64,000 nt of DNA from Bdellovibrionales bacterium (GCA_050248995.1 JBFWRI010000008.1:3214-67213), one strand, 5' to 3'. Positions 45,185 through 57,610 are shown, counted from the stretch's first letter. Program-made: numbers and translations. Notes: generated by a model not told the origin, from the sequence alone.

Positions 45185-45640
45185 ATGGCAAATAATCCAT
45201 ACGGCGCATACCAGAAACAGCAGGAGCAGCAGGAAGACATACGTTTGTCGGAAGCGCGGGCCTTGTTGCGCATGGCGGCATTGATGGAAGAAATGCAGAA
45301 ACCCGGTGCCTCGTACCTTGATTACAGCGATGCAGTACGCCAGAACCAGCAGCTTTGGACCCTGTTCCAGGCAGCGATGATGGAAGAAGACAACAAACTG
45401 CCGCACGCGCTGAAGCAGACCCTGAAGGGGCTTAGCATTTATGTCGACCGCCGCAGTCTTAAGGCGATCGGTAATCACGAACCGCGATTGTTAAGCGTGT
45501 TGATTAACATCAACAAGGAAATCGCGGCCGGGCTGATGGAAAGCGTGAAGAACGATGTCTCTGCGGCCGGCGCGGTGCTGAATGCGCCGCCCCAGTCACC
45601 GTCACCGCAAAGCGGCGGCAGCATCAGCGGCCAGTTTTAA
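45185..45640 (+). CDS. flaF: flagellar biosynthesis regulator FlaF
   Basis: EARALLRMA ... AVRQNQQLWTLF ... NKLP-ALKQTLKGLSIYV pattern; follows flbT directly. Confidence 0.75.
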   Translation: MANNPYGAYQKQQEQQEDIRLSEARALLRMAALMEEMQKPGASYLDYSDAVRQNQQLWTLFQAAMMEEDNKLPHALKQTLKGLSIYVDRRSLKAIGNHEPRLLSVLININKEIAAGLMESVKNDVSAAGAVLNAPPQSPSPQSGGSISGQF

Positions 45641-47804
45641 TCCACGACTCGTAAGCGTCGGCATAGAAGGTGTTCAGGCGCTCACCCACGCCTGGATCGG
45701 CGTGTAATGCCGGTAGGGCAGCCTGAAGTTTTGCGCGAAGCGCTGTGCGTTGCGCGGGGTCATTACCCAGTTTAACTGCAATATCAATATAATCCTGCAC
45801 GGTGCTGCCGATCAGTTCGGGAACGCCCATCAGCTGCAGGCAGCCGGACGTGTGACGGCCGCGCATAAAACGCCCGGCCTGCGTCACAACGAGCCCGCCC
45901 AGCTCCAGCGCCTCAAACGTGGTGTTGGCGCCCGACCAGCCCAAACTATCCAGTGTGATATCGGCCAACATGTGCAGTGCGCGATAGCCGTCCTGTTCCT
46001 GAAAAGGCAGGAAGATAAGGTGTTTGTCGGGGTCGAGCCCGTGATCGCGGAACGGCTGTTCCATGCGGTGGCGGAACACGTCGGCAACGGCGGCATTTTC
46101 GGCGTGGTTGATGAACACGAATTTGCTGTTCGGTACTTTTTCGGCAATCGCCGCATGCACATTATCGAACTCGGGCAGGTATTTCTGCACTGACTGCAGA
46201 CACAAATAAAAGACATCTGTATCGGTCAGGCCAAAGTCGGCGCGAGCCATGTCCTGATAGATGCGGTCGGAGACATTGAAGATAGGTTGCGGAACAACCG
46301 ACAGGCCGGGCAGGCTGACCAGTGTTTCGGTATAATGCGCGGCAGCGCCTTCGGGCTCCATCAGTTCACTCGAAAGGTAATAATCCATCGTCGGCAGGCC
46401 GCTGGTGACCGGGTGGCCCCATGTCGTGCACTGAACGGGAGCCAGACGCAGGGCGGCCAACTTTATGGTGAGCGGTTTCAGGCCGACGTTCGTATACTGG
46501 ATGATATCGGGTTGGTCGGCACGCAGGCGCGCCAGAACACCGTTGAAATCGTCGGGGTAATGGTGCAGTTCGTCCACCATGTCGGCAATTTGCTTTGTGT
46601 AGGCGTCAATGCGCGTGCCGACGTGATAGCAGGTGATGTGGTACCGGCTGCGGTCGAGCCGTTTCAGCCAGCTGCGGCGCAGCTTCATATTGGAGTGGTA
46701 GAAAAACGTTTCTGACACGAAGGCAAGGCGGGTTTTGCCATCCGTATTGCGGGCGTCGCGTTCGGGAACCGTCAGCAGGCGGTGTGCGCCGAAGCGGCGT
46801 GCCAGAACATCGCTGAACAACTCGCCGGTCACGCGCTGGGCTTCGGTGATATTCTCGCCGGTATAGGCCAGGAACAATGGGTAAGCCATGTTGAACAGAT
46901 CTTCCACACCCTGTAGAGCGCCGTCGGGCAGGGTTTTGACGAAGGCATGCAGGTCGCGCACGGCCTGCGTATAGCGCGTCATGTGTTCTTTTATCTGCGC
47001 CGTGCTTTCGTAAATCGGCAGCACCAGTGCGAACGTGCGGAACCAACGCGCATCCAGCTGCGCCGGGTCAAGCTGCTGCGCCTTGGCGAAGTAGCCTTCG
47101 GCTTCCATATTACGTGAATGGGCCAGCGCGATGCGGCCAAGCGCAGTCCACGCGGCGGGGTCGTCTGGCGCAATAGTAGTATGGCGCACGGCCCAGTCCC
47201 ACTGACGTTGGGGCTGCAGCAGGTGTTTATCAACAGCAGCGATCAGCGCGAATGCCTGGCGGCGCGCATCCGCATCGGCTTGCGCCAGGGCCAACTCCAG
47301 CGCCTTCTCGGCATTGGTGCGCGCTTCTTCGAACAGGCCGGCGCGCTCTTCCGCCTGCGCCAGCTCCAGCCATGCGGCGGGCAGTTGCGGCGCCAGCGTG
47401 ACAAGGTTTTCAAACGTGGCCAGTGCGGCGTTATTCTCGCCGCCTTCGGTGTAGGCGCGGCCGAGCGCCAGCCAGAAATCAACCCGCGTAGGCGCGCGCT
47501 TGGCGGCTTCCATGAAAGCGGCAGCCGCTTCCTTGTACTGGCGGTGATCGAAGAAGATCATGCCCATGTTGAACCATGCGGGCGGGTTGTTGGCATCGAG
47601 CACAAGCGCCTGCCGGATCATGTTCAGGCCTTCTTCACTGCGGCCCTGCGTGTGGCGCAGGCTGCCCAGCAGGTTCAGCGCATCGATATCTTTGGGATTG
47701 TCGGCTAAAATTGTTTCATACAGCAGCACAGCACGGCCGATATCGCCCTGCTGGTGGGCTTCCATGGCTTGCTGAAGGGCGGTAGCGGACATTATTGTTC
47801 CCAC
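45624..47804 (-). CDS. TPR-repeat glycosyltransferase (SPINDLY/O-GlcNAc-transferase-like C-terminal domain; FlmG-like architecture)
   Basis: N-terminal ~300 aa of TPR repeats plus a ~400-aa C-terminal GT-like domain. Alternative ATG 47792 shares 1 nt with the upstream SBP stop (TAATG). Confidence 0.7.
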   Translation of the reverse strand: MGTIMSATALQQAMEAHQQGDIGRAVLLYETILADNPKDIDALNLLGSLRHTQGRSEEGLNMIRQALVLDANNPPAWFNMGMIFFDHRQYKEAAAAFMEAAKRAPTRVDFWLALGRAYTEGGENNAALATFENLVTLAPQLPAAWLELAQAEERAGLFEEARTNAEKALELALAQADADARRQAFALIAAVDKHLLQPQRQWDWAVRHTTIAPDDPAAWTALGRIALAHSRNMEAEGYFAKAQQLDPAQLDARWFRTFALVLPIYESTAQIKEHMTRYTQAVRDLHAFVKTLPDGALQGVEDLFNMAYPLFLAYTGENITEAQRVTGELFSDVLARRFGAHRLLTVPERDARNTDGKTRLAFVSETFFYHSNMKLRRSWLKRLDRSRYHITCYHVGTRIDAYTKQIADMVDELHHYPDDFNGVLARLRADQPDIIQYTNVGLKPLTIKLAALRLAPVQCTTWGHPVTSGLPTMDYYLSSELMEPEGAAAHYTETLVSLPGLSVVPQPIFNVSDRIYQDMARADFGLTDTDVFYLCLQSVQKYLPEFDNVHAAIAEKVPNSKFVFINHAENAAVADVFRHRMEQPFRDHGLDPDKHLIFLPFQEQDGYRALHMLADITLDSLGWSGANTTFEALELGGLVVTQAGRFMRGRHTSGCLQLMGVPELIGSTVQDYIDIAVKLGNDPAQRTALRAKLQAALPALHADPGVGERLNTFYADAYESWIKTGR

Positions 47805-48643
47805 TCCGGCGCGTCGCGGCGCACGGCCAGTTTGCGCTCAGGGTCATATTTATCCAGGATCTTATCCATAATCCCGACATCAAACAGTATTTCCATGCCC
47901 TGATTCAGCATTTGCAACAGGGCGTGCTGGTTTTTGCCAACGCTCATGCCCGTTGGGATAAAGCCGTAGGGCCTTGCAAACAGTGGCTTGATGGCGCCTG
48001 GATACTGAGCTTCGGTCATGCTGACAGTAACGGGATCAACTAGAACGACATCAGCCTTGTTATCAATAACATTTAGCACCAGCAGGCTAGGGTCAGCCAT
48101 ATTCGGTAGACTTAGCATCTTGGCTTGCGGGAAACTCTCTACAGCATAGACTGTACTGAGATCGCCATCGAGCGCCGAGAATGTGACATCCGGGCTGTTC
48201 AGGTCGGCCGGGATTTTGAACCGAGTTTCATTCGCGCGGCCATAAACATCAATACGGAACTTGGCAAACGGCGTGACGAAATCTTCATATGCTGCACTTT
48301 TCCAGTTAAATGGGCCGTTGGCGGCACAGATGGCGTCTACTTTGGTTGTCTGCAAGGCTTCAACTTCGCTCCCAATAGCAACTTCAGTCCATTCAACCTT
48401 CAGGCCGAATTTTTGTGCAACACTTTCAGCAACATCAAATGCGATGCCTGACAGCGCGCCGGTATTCGGGTCTTTATCTACAAACTTGGGCCATAAGAAA
48501 TAGCCGCAGCGCAGCGTGCCAGTGCGCATCACGCGGTCATACGCGCTTTCGTGGCTGATGCCGGGCGTATAGGTGCGCACGGCCACTGTGGCACCGAAGA
48601 AACCGGCAGCAAGACACAAAAGGACAAGAAGCGCTTTCTTCAT
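47792..48643 (-). CDS. family-3 solute-binding protein, orphan paralogue 4
   Basis: TLRCGY ... GLKVEWTE ... VDAICA pattern. Confidence 0.8.
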   Translation of the reverse strand: MKKALLVLLCLAAGFFGATVAVRTYTPGISHESAYDRVMRTGTLRCGYFLWPKFVDKDPNTGALSGIAFDVAESVAQKFGLKVEWTEVAIGSEVEALQTTKVDAICAANGPFNWKSAAYEDFVTPFAKFRIDVYGRANETRFKIPADLNSPDVTFSALDGDLSTVYAVESFPQAKMLSLPNMADPSLLVLNVIDNKADVVLVDPVTVSMTEAQYPGAIKPLFARPYGFIPTGMSVGKNQHALLQMLNQGMEILFDVGIMDKILDKYDPERKLAVRRDAPEWEQ

Positions 48644-48651
48644 ATGTACCT

Positions 48652-49506
48652 CTAGTTGGCCATAAGGTGCGGGCGCACGAAGATGGGCGGGCTTTCATCG
48701 TATTTGTCGATAATCGCATCCAGCTGGCCGTTGTAGATCATTTCCTGCGTTGCCAGATCAAGCACGCGTTTCAGCTTTGTTTCGCCATGCTTGATAGGGA
48801 TAGCGAAGGGCGAGACCACAAACGGTTCTAGCGTGCGCACATGGCGGACTTGCCCGGGATTTAGTTTATCATAGCGCTTGCCGACAAAGTGAGTTGCGAT
48901 GACAACATCGGCCTTACCCGTGGCGACATATAGCAATGGGTCGGTATCCGGTGACAACTGTACAAGCTCTGTCAGCGTGGCTTTGGGAAAGTGCTGGCGG
49001 GCGATCTTGCCGAAGATATCGCCTTCGATGGCAACGATTTTCACAGAAGGATCGTTTATTTTTTCGATATTACCATCAAAACGGTTGTCATCCTGTCGCA
49101 CATAAAGCCAGAAGATGTTGCCGATATAGGGCATTGTATAATCAGCGGCTTTGGCGCGTTCGGCGCTGATCGACATCGCCGTGCAATAGGCGTCGATGCG
49201 GTCGGCCTGCAGGGCAGGGCCAAAGTCGCCGCGGCCCAGTTCTTCCGTCCATTCCACCTTCAGGCCAAGGTTCTTCGCCAGCTGTTCCATATAGTCATAA
49301 ACGATGCCGTGCAGCTGATTACGGTTGACATCAATTTCCAGAAAGACAGTGGATGACAGATAACCGCAGCGGATTGTGCCTGTACGCATGACGCGGTCGT
49401 ATACCGACTCGATGGCGGCGGTTTCTTTCGCCGCTTCTTTATTGAACAGCCACGCCCCAGCGAAGCCAGCCGCTAGTGCGAGTAGGACAAGAAGGAAGGT
49501 ACGCAT
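48652..49506 (-). CDS. family-3 solute-binding protein, orphan paralogue 5
   Basis: TIRCGY ... GLKVEWTE ... IDAYCT pattern; starts 18 nt after the gyrB stop. Confidence 0.8.
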   Translation of the reverse strand: MRTFLLVLLALAAGFAGAWLFNKEAAKETAAIESVYDRVMRTGTIRCGYLSSTVFLEIDVNRNQLHGIVYDYMEQLAKNLGLKVEWTEELGRGDFGPALQADRIDAYCTAMSISAERAKAADYTMPYIGNIFWLYVRQDDNRFDGNIEKINDPSVKIVAIEGDIFGKIARQHFPKATLTELVQLSPDTDPLLYVATGKADVVIATHFVGKRYDKLNPGQVRHVRTLEPFVVSPFAIPIKHGETKLKRVLDLATQEMIYNGQLDAIIDKYDESPPIFVRPHLMAN

Positions 49507-49524
49507 GAGGACTCCGGATGGAGA

Positions 49525-51966
<2,442 letters not shown>

Positions 51967-52005
51967 TCAAAAAGTGATGAATTCATGACCTGAAAATTAC
52001 CCTTT

Positions 52006-53145
52006 TCAGGCCGCTGACGCCACCACTTTTTTCGCACTACCCACACCAATCTGGTAGGTCACCAGAGGCCCCGGAAACCCTTTAAAAAGGCCTGTTTCCA
52101 CGCCGGTCATCCACACCTGTGCACCCAGTGCGTGAAGGCTTGTGAATAATGCCTGACGGCGGGCGGAATCAAGGTGGCTGGCGACCTCGTCCAGCAGCAA
52201 AATCGGGGCGGCTCCGCGGGCCTCGGCAACCAGGCTGGCGTGGGTCAGAAGCAGCGTGATCATCAGTGCTTTTTGCTCGCCGGTTGAACACATTTCAGCC
52301 GGTGTGTTTTTCGCGGTGTAGAATGCCTGAATATCGGTGCGGTGTGCGCCGGCTTCCACCGTTTGGTATTGCGCATCGCGCCCGCGTGTGCGCACGAACG
52401 TGGCCCGCAGGTTGTCTTCCACCGTCAGTGCCGGGTTATCGCGCAGCTGGATTTCGATGCCGTGTTTGATGCGCAGGTCAACGCAGGGGAACTGCCCGGC
52501 CACGCCCGGGGCTTTCTCGTTCAGCGCCTGCATCAGGTGCATACGGGCAGCGGCGATGGCCACGGCCGTGGCGGCCAGTTCGTCTTCCAGCGTTTCCATC
52601 CAGGTATGGTCATAGCCGCCGGGCTGGGTCAGCAGGGCGACCCGCTCGCGCAGCTGCTTTTCATAGCGTGTCAGGCGGCCGGTATGGGCGGGGTCGAAGG
52701 CGGCCACAAGGCGGTCGAAGAACCGGCGCTTGTCGCCCGGGCCTTCGGCCAGCATGCGGTCCATTTCCGGGGTCAGCCACGACAAGGCGATGTAATCGGC
52801 AAAGTCCGATATGCTGGCTGGGTTGTTATTCAGCTGTGCTGTGCGTTTTTCGTTGTCGGCCGATGTCTCGCGCCCAGTGGCCAGCTGCTGGGTACCTTCG
52901 GGGCCCTCAACGGCGGCGACGATACCCCAGGGCTGCTCGGCCGCCGCTGTCATCTGTTTAACTTCAGACAATTCAGCGCGGCGCAGGCCACGGCCTGGGA
53001 TCAGTAGGCTGATCGCTTCAAGGATGTTGGTTTTACCCGTGCCGTTCGGCCCCGCCAGCGCCACCGACGCCGGACCGGGCGTAAGTTCCAGCCACGCATA
53101 ACTGCGGAAATGGGTCAGGGCAAGGCGCGTAACGCGGTAGGGCAT
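52006..53145 (-). CDS. recF: DNA replication/repair protein RecF
   Basis: LALTHFRSY ... GPNGTGKTNILEAI Walker A; C-terminal LLLDEV. Confidence 0.93.
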   Translation of the reverse strand: MPYRVTRLALTHFRSYAWLELTPGPASVALAGPNGTGKTNILEAISLLIPGRGLRRAELSEVKQMTAAAEQPWGIVAAVEGPEGTQQLATGRETSADNEKRTAQLNNNPASISDFADYIALSWLTPEMDRMLAEGPGDKRRFFDRLVAAFDPAHTGRLTRYEKQLRERVALLTQPGGYDHTWMETLEDELAATAVAIAAARMHLMQALNEKAPGVAGQFPCVDLRIKHGIEIQLRDNPALTVEDNLRATFVRTRGRDAQYQTVEAGAHRTDIQAFYTAKNTPAEMCSTGEQKALMITLLLTHASLVAEARGAAPILLLDEVASHLDSARRQALFTSLHALGAQVWMTGVETGLFKGFPGPLVTYQIGVGSAKKVVASAA

Positions 53146-53169
53146 AAGCTGACTGTAGGGGAAAGCGGC

Positions 53170-54018
53170 CTAACGCACCAGCAGGTTGCGGCCCCATGTA
53201 TTGGGGTAGGTTTCGTTGGCCTGCATAACCTTTTCCATCTTACCCGACAGGATGACCTCGCGTGTGGCGGCGCCAATCAGGTTAGCCAGTTCATGTTCAG
53301 TATTTGCAACCGCAACGCCGAACGGGAAACTACGCACGGGCTGACGGGCAACAACTTCACGGATCTTGCCGGGGCTGTTCTTCATGAAGGGGCCGGCCTG
53401 CGCGGGATCTGACAGGATGGCGTCAGCTTTGTTTTGCGCGATGCCGACAAACAGTTCACTGTGCTCGACCAACTGCGGCACGCTGACCAGCGTTGCATTC
53501 GGGAATTCGGCCTTAGTGACGAACTGGCTGCTTTCACCGTCAACGACATTGAAACGCACAGAGGCATCATTCATGGCTGCGATGTTATTATCAAAGCGCA
53601 CATCATCCGCCCGCACATAGGCGCGCATCTGCACATAGCCCACGGGTTCGGCGACAATCGAACCCCATGCACGCTTGGCGTTTTCACCAAACGCTCCGCA
53701 GATGGCATCAACGCGACCTGTACGCAGAGCTTCCAGTGAGTCACCAAGACCGATTTCGGCTGACCATTCGATTTTCAGACCGGCGGCGTCAGCAATGGCC
53801 ATAGATGCATCATGCATCAGGCCTTTCATCTGGCCGCTGGTCTGGTCTTTTTCAAAATACCCCGCGCGGTACATATAGCCGCAACGCAGAACGCGGTCAC
53901 GCGACACACGTTCAAAGGCCGTTTCTTTCGCGGCGACATCAGCGGTTTTGGCCGGAGCGAGATAGCTGCCGGCAAAACCGGCAGCCAAGGCTAGCAGGAT
54001 GAGGAGAAATCCCCTCAT
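53170..54018 (-). CDS. family-3 solute-binding protein, orphan paralogue 6 (between dnaN and recF)
   Basis: VLRCGY ... GLKIEWSAE ... VDAICG pattern. Its ATG shares 1 nt with the dnaN stop (TGATG). recF starts 24 nt after its stop. Confidence 0.8.
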   Translation of the reverse strand: MRGFLLILLALAAGFAGSYLAPAKTADVAAKETAFERVSRDRVLRCGYMYRAGYFEKDQTSGQMKGLMHDASMAIADAAGLKIEWSAEIGLGDSLEALRTGRVDAICGAFGENAKRAWGSIVAEPVGYVQMRAYVRADDVRFDNNIAAMNDASVRFNVVDGESSQFVTKAEFPNATLVSVPQLVEHSELFVGIAQNKADAILSDPAQAGPFMKNSPGKIREVVARQPVRSFPFGVAVANTEHELANLIGAATREVILSGKMEKVMQANETYPNTWGRNLLVR

Positions 54019-55136
54019 CAGACACGCATCGGCATCAGCACGTACAGCGCCGACTGGTCGCTGGTGTCTTCGATCAGCGCCGGGGCGCCGGCGTCTGCCA
54101 GCACGATGCGGGTGGTTTCACCGCTGATCTGCTGGGCAACATCCAGCAGGTACTTGGCGTTGAAGCCGATTTCGATCTTGCTGTCGTTGTAATCGACATC
54201 CAGTTCGTCGGTGGCGCTACCTGCTTCCGGCGATTGAGCTGTCAGGACCAGTTGGCCCTTGCTGACCGTCAGCTTCACGGCGCGCGACTTTTCGGTGCTG
54301 ATGGTGGCAACGCGGTCGACAGCCGAAGCGAACTGGCGGGTCGAGCAGGTGGCAACCTTGTCATTGCCGGTCGGGATGACGCGTTCGTAATCCGGGTATG
54401 TGCCGTCGATCAGCTTCGATGTCAGCGTTACCATGCCGCTGGTGGCGCGGATCTTGGTGGCCGACAGTTCGACGACGATGCTGTCATCGGTTTCGTCCAG
54501 CAGCTTGCGCAGTTCCTGTACGGTCTTGCGCGGGATGATGACGGAAGGCATTTCGGCAGTGCCCTTCGGTGCTTCGCATTCAGCGCGGGCCAGGCGGTGG
54601 CCGTCGGTGGCGACAGCGCGCAGCACATCGCGGCCGTTCGACTTGGTGACATGCAGGTAGATACCGTTCAGGTAGTAACGTGTTTCTTCGGTGCTGATCG
54701 CGAACTTGGTGCGGTCGATCATGCTGCGCAGGGCGGTCGCCGGAATCTGGAAGCGCACAGCCAGCGCGTCTTCGCGCATCTGTGGGAAATCTTCAACAGG
54801 CAGCGTGCCGAGCTTGAAGTTCGACTTGCCGGCCTTCAGCGTGACCTGCGTGCTGTTGTCGCCGCGTTCGATATCAACCTTGGCGTCATCCGGCAGTTTG
54901 CGCACGATGTCATACAGCATGTGGGCGCTGACGGTGATCTCGCCCGGCTTGCCGACAGTGGCGGCTATGGTTTCGTTCATCTCGACATCCATGTCGGTTG
55001 CAGTCACAGTCACCGTGCTGCCCTGCGCGCGGATCAGGATGTTCGACAGAATGGGAATGGTGTTGCGGCGTTCAACAACGCTTTGCACGTGACCGAGGGT
55101 TTTAAGAAGCGCGGCGCGCTCGAGAGAAATTTTCAT
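54018..55136 (-). CDS. dnaN: DNA polymerase III beta sliding clamp
   Basis: MKISLERAALLKTLGHVQSVVERRNTIPILSN ... LMPMRV. ATG 55136 gives the canonical 372 aa; the ORF extends to 55190. Confidence 0.93.
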   Translation of the reverse strand: MKISLERAALLKTLGHVQSVVERRNTIPILSNILIRAQGSTVTVTATDMDVEMNETIAATVGKPGEITVSAHMLYDIVRKLPDDAKVDIERGDNSTQVTLKAGKSNFKLGTLPVEDFPQMREDALAVRFQIPATALRSMIDRTKFAISTEETRYYLNGIYLHVTKSNGRDVLRAVATDGHRLARAECEAPKGTAEMPSVIIPRKTVQELRKLLDETDDSIVVELSATKIRATSGMVTLTSKLIDGTYPDYERVIPTGNDKVATCSTRQFASAVDRVATISTEKSRAVKLTVSKGQLVLTAQSPEAGSATDELDVDYNDSKIEIGFNAKYLLDVAQQISGETTRIVLADAGAPALIEDTSDQSALYVLMPMRV

Positions 55137-55237
55137 GGGAGAGCCTGACGAAGTGGCGGGTGGCGTCTGTTTCAGGGCAGCTTGGGTCATGCCTTTTTGA
55201 TAGCAAAACGGCTGATGCCCGGCAAGAGGAAAGGCCC

Positions 55238-55246
55238 TGTGGATAA
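55238..55246. promoter_or_regulatory. perfect DnaA box (TGTGGATAA) between dnaA and dnaN
   Basis: Exact 9-mer match to the reverse complement of TTATCCACA. Confidence 0.55.
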
Positions 55247-55258
55247 GGCGGGATCTAT

Positions 55259-55450
55259 CTAGAAATCCAGTGAGCCGCCACCACGGCAGATGTTTCTGGC
55301 CGTGTAGGGGTGGTGGGGTTCCGGTAGTGGCACATGGCCTGGCTTACCAAGGTCTTCGAATACCGCAGCGACAACCGGCGCGAGGCTCACTACGGTAAGG
55401 ACGGCAAAAGCTGATCCGGTGATGAGGGTAAACGCGTCGGGGCTAGCCAT
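55259..55450 (-). CDS. possible small membrane protein (63 aa)
   Basis: Only ORF on the operon strand in the dnaA-dnaN gap; one hydrophobic helix; no homology recognised. Confidence 0.25.
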   Translation of the reverse strand: MASPDAFTLITGSAFAVLTVVSLAPVVAAVFEDLGKPGHVPLPEPHHPYTARNICRGGGSLDF

Positions 55451-55558
55451 AATGGGTTACTTTCAAATGCAAGTGCCCGGAGGGGCTGAATGCCAGCAGG
55501 ATAGCCGGGGCAAGGGGCCGCCGCAACAAAAATGTGCGGCGGCTATACCTTTTAAAAC

Positions 55559-57004
55559 CTAGTTCTTCAGCGTGCGTTCCAGCACCGTCACATCATCGGC
55601 CAGTGTCTGGTCTTCGCGGCACAGTTTATCAATGGTGCGCACGGCGTGCAGAACGGTCGTGTGATCACGGCCACCAAACTTGCGGCCGATTTCCGGCAGG
55701 CTGCGGGTGGTCAGCGTTTTGGCCAGATACATGGCCACTTGGCGCGGACGGGCCACAGCGCGCGCCCGGCGCGGCGAGGTCATGTCGGTCAGCTTGATGT
55801 TGAAGTGTTCGGCCACGCGGCGCTGGATGTCATCGATGGTGACACGGCGGTCATAGGCGCGCAGCAGGTCAGCCAGCTGTTCCTGTGCGGTTTCCAGCGT
55901 TACCGGACGGCCAACCAGATCGGCCTGGGCCACAAGGCGGTTTAAGGCGCCTTCCAGTTCACGCACGTTGTTGGTGATTTTCTGGGCCAGGAACTGCAGC
56001 ACTTCGCCCGGAACCTTTACGCCGGCCTTCAGGTTTTCCAGCTTCGTCTGCAGGATGCCAAGGCGCAGTTCGTAGGTTGTGGGGTGGATATCGGCGCACA
56101 GGCCCCAGCCGAGGCGCGAGCGCAGGCGGTCTTGCAGGCCTTCAAGGTCGGTCGGCGACTTGTCGGCCGACAGGATGATCTGCTTGTTCTGCTCGATCAG
56201 CACGTTGAACGTCTGGAAGAATTCTTCCTGCGTATTGTCCTTGCCGCAGATGAACTGCACGTCATCGATCATCAGTACGTCGACGTTGCGGAACTGCTCC
56301 TTGAAAGAAACCGTATCGCGTGAACGCAGGGCGCGGATGAACTGGTACATGAATTTTTCGGCCGACAGGTACATGACCTTGCGCTCAGGTGTCTTTTCCT
56401 TGATGGCCCAGGCGATGGCGTGCATCAGGTGGGTCTTGCCAAGGCCGACGCCGCCATACAGGAACAGCGGGTTCAGGTTTGGCTGGAAGCCTTCGGCGAC
56501 GCGCAGGGCGGCGGCATAGGCCAGCTCGTTCGGCTTGCCGACCACAAAGTTCTCAAAGCGGAAGCGGGGGTCCAGCGGGGCCGACAGGGCCACCGGGGCC
56601 GTTTCAGCGGTGAAAGCGGGCTGCACGTCGTCAATGCCGGTGACAACCGGGGCGCCGATTGCGGCGCCGGCGATGTTGCCCAGCATGTTTTCGACAGCGA
56701 AGTTGACGCTGACGGCGTGCCCGGCTTCCTGGCTGACGAGATCGAAAATCTTGTCGCGGTAATGGGTTTCAACCCAGTCGCGCTGGAACTTGCTGGGCAA
56801 GGTCAGTGTGATATCGGTATCCGACAGTTCGGCAAATGACAGCGACGACAGCCAGCGCTTATAGGTCGTGGCACCCAGGTCCGCTTCAAGGCGTGAGGCG
56901 ACGCGGCCCCAGAGATTTTCACCATTGTCGCTGGTATTGTCGAAGCCTTTTACGGCCAGGTTGTTTACACCCATATGGTTGCCCCCAAATGTAAAGCCCA
57001 ACAT
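55559..57004 (-). CDS. dnaA: chromosomal replication initiator DnaA
   Basis: AAA+ Walker A GGVGLGKTHLMHA; sensor and DNA-binding domain GGRDHTTVLHA; 481 aa. Confidence 0.97.
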   Translation of the reverse strand: MLGFTFGGNHMGVNNLAVKGFDNTSDNGENLWGRVASRLEADLGATTYKRWLSSLSFAELSDTDITLTLPSKFQRDWVETHYRDKIFDLVSQEAGHAVSVNFAVENMLGNIAGAAIGAPVVTGIDDVQPAFTAETAPVALSAPLDPRFRFENFVVGKPNELAYAAALRVAEGFQPNLNPLFLYGGVGLGKTHLMHAIAWAIKEKTPERKVMYLSAEKFMYQFIRALRSRDTVSFKEQFRNVDVLMIDDVQFICGKDNTQEEFFQTFNVLIEQNKQIILSADKSPTDLEGLQDRLRSRLGWGLCADIHPTTYELRLGILQTKLENLKAGVKVPGEVLQFLAQKITNNVRELEGALNRLVAQADLVGRPVTLETAQEQLADLLRAYDRRVTIDDIQRRVAEHFNIKLTDMTSPRRARAVARPRQVAMYLAKTLTTRSLPEIGRKFGGRDHTTVLHAVRTIDKLCREDQTLADDVTVLERTLKN

Positions 57005-57352
57005 TAATCACTTCAGCCGCACGAACCCGATGTTCGTGCCGGCCGCATTAGTGCGTAATACTTGGCAGGAATAAGCGGTACACAACACCTGCTTTAAGCG
57101 CAGCTTCCCCCGAAGCCTTGCTGAAAGTTTGTGATGATGTCGTGGTGCTTGTCATGGGATGATAAGAAGCAAACTCCGAGACCCAATGCAAGACCTCTTG
57201 GTAAAAAAGAAAAAAACGTGCGAATTTTTTTCAACGGCGTTTTTTTACTTGCAGTGCTTATTTTATCGGAAGAAATCGAACGCGATTTTGCGTCTCAATT
57301 TCAAGAATGCGGAAGTCAATAAGAAAAGTTTTCCGCAAAAAAATATTTTTTA

Positions 57353-57610
57353 TTATTTGCCGGCTTTGTTCGCGGTACGCGCGAGCTTTGACTGACGGCG
57401 AGCGGCCGTGTTCTTGTGCAGGATGCCGCGCTTTGCTGCGCGCTGAACCAGCTTGTCGGCTGTTTTCAGAGCTGTTGTTGCTGTTTTTTTGTCTGTGGCG
57501 GTCTCAACCTTCTTTGAAGCCGTGCGCAAAGCTGCCTTGCGTGACTTGTTGCGTGCCGTACGCTTGATGGTTTGACGGGCGCGCTTTTTGGCTGATTTGT
57601 GGTTGGCCAT
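57353..57610 (-). CDS. rpsT: 30S ribosomal protein S20
   Basis: MANHKSAKKRARQ ... basic 85-aa protein. Confidence 0.95.
   Translation of the reverse strand: MANHKSAKKRARQTIKRTARNKSRKAALRTASKKVETATDKKTATTALKTADKLVQRAAKRGILHKNTAARRQSKLARTANKAGK

Noticed and set aside
54234-55148. 304-aa plus-strand ORF opposite dnaN, similar shadows opposite gyrB (51250-51888) and recF (52342-53007), and the 248-aa minus-strand ORF opposite flbT/flaF (44732-45478)
   Set aside because: Each is fully contained in a confidently identified gene on the other strand; none has a recognisable domain.
57015-57043. Hairpin gcacgaac-ccgat-gttcgtgc just upstream of the dnaA start, as a possible regulatory RNA element
   Set aside because: It is a single 8-bp stem with no supporting conservation visible in this window. 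It is too weak to call without comparative data.
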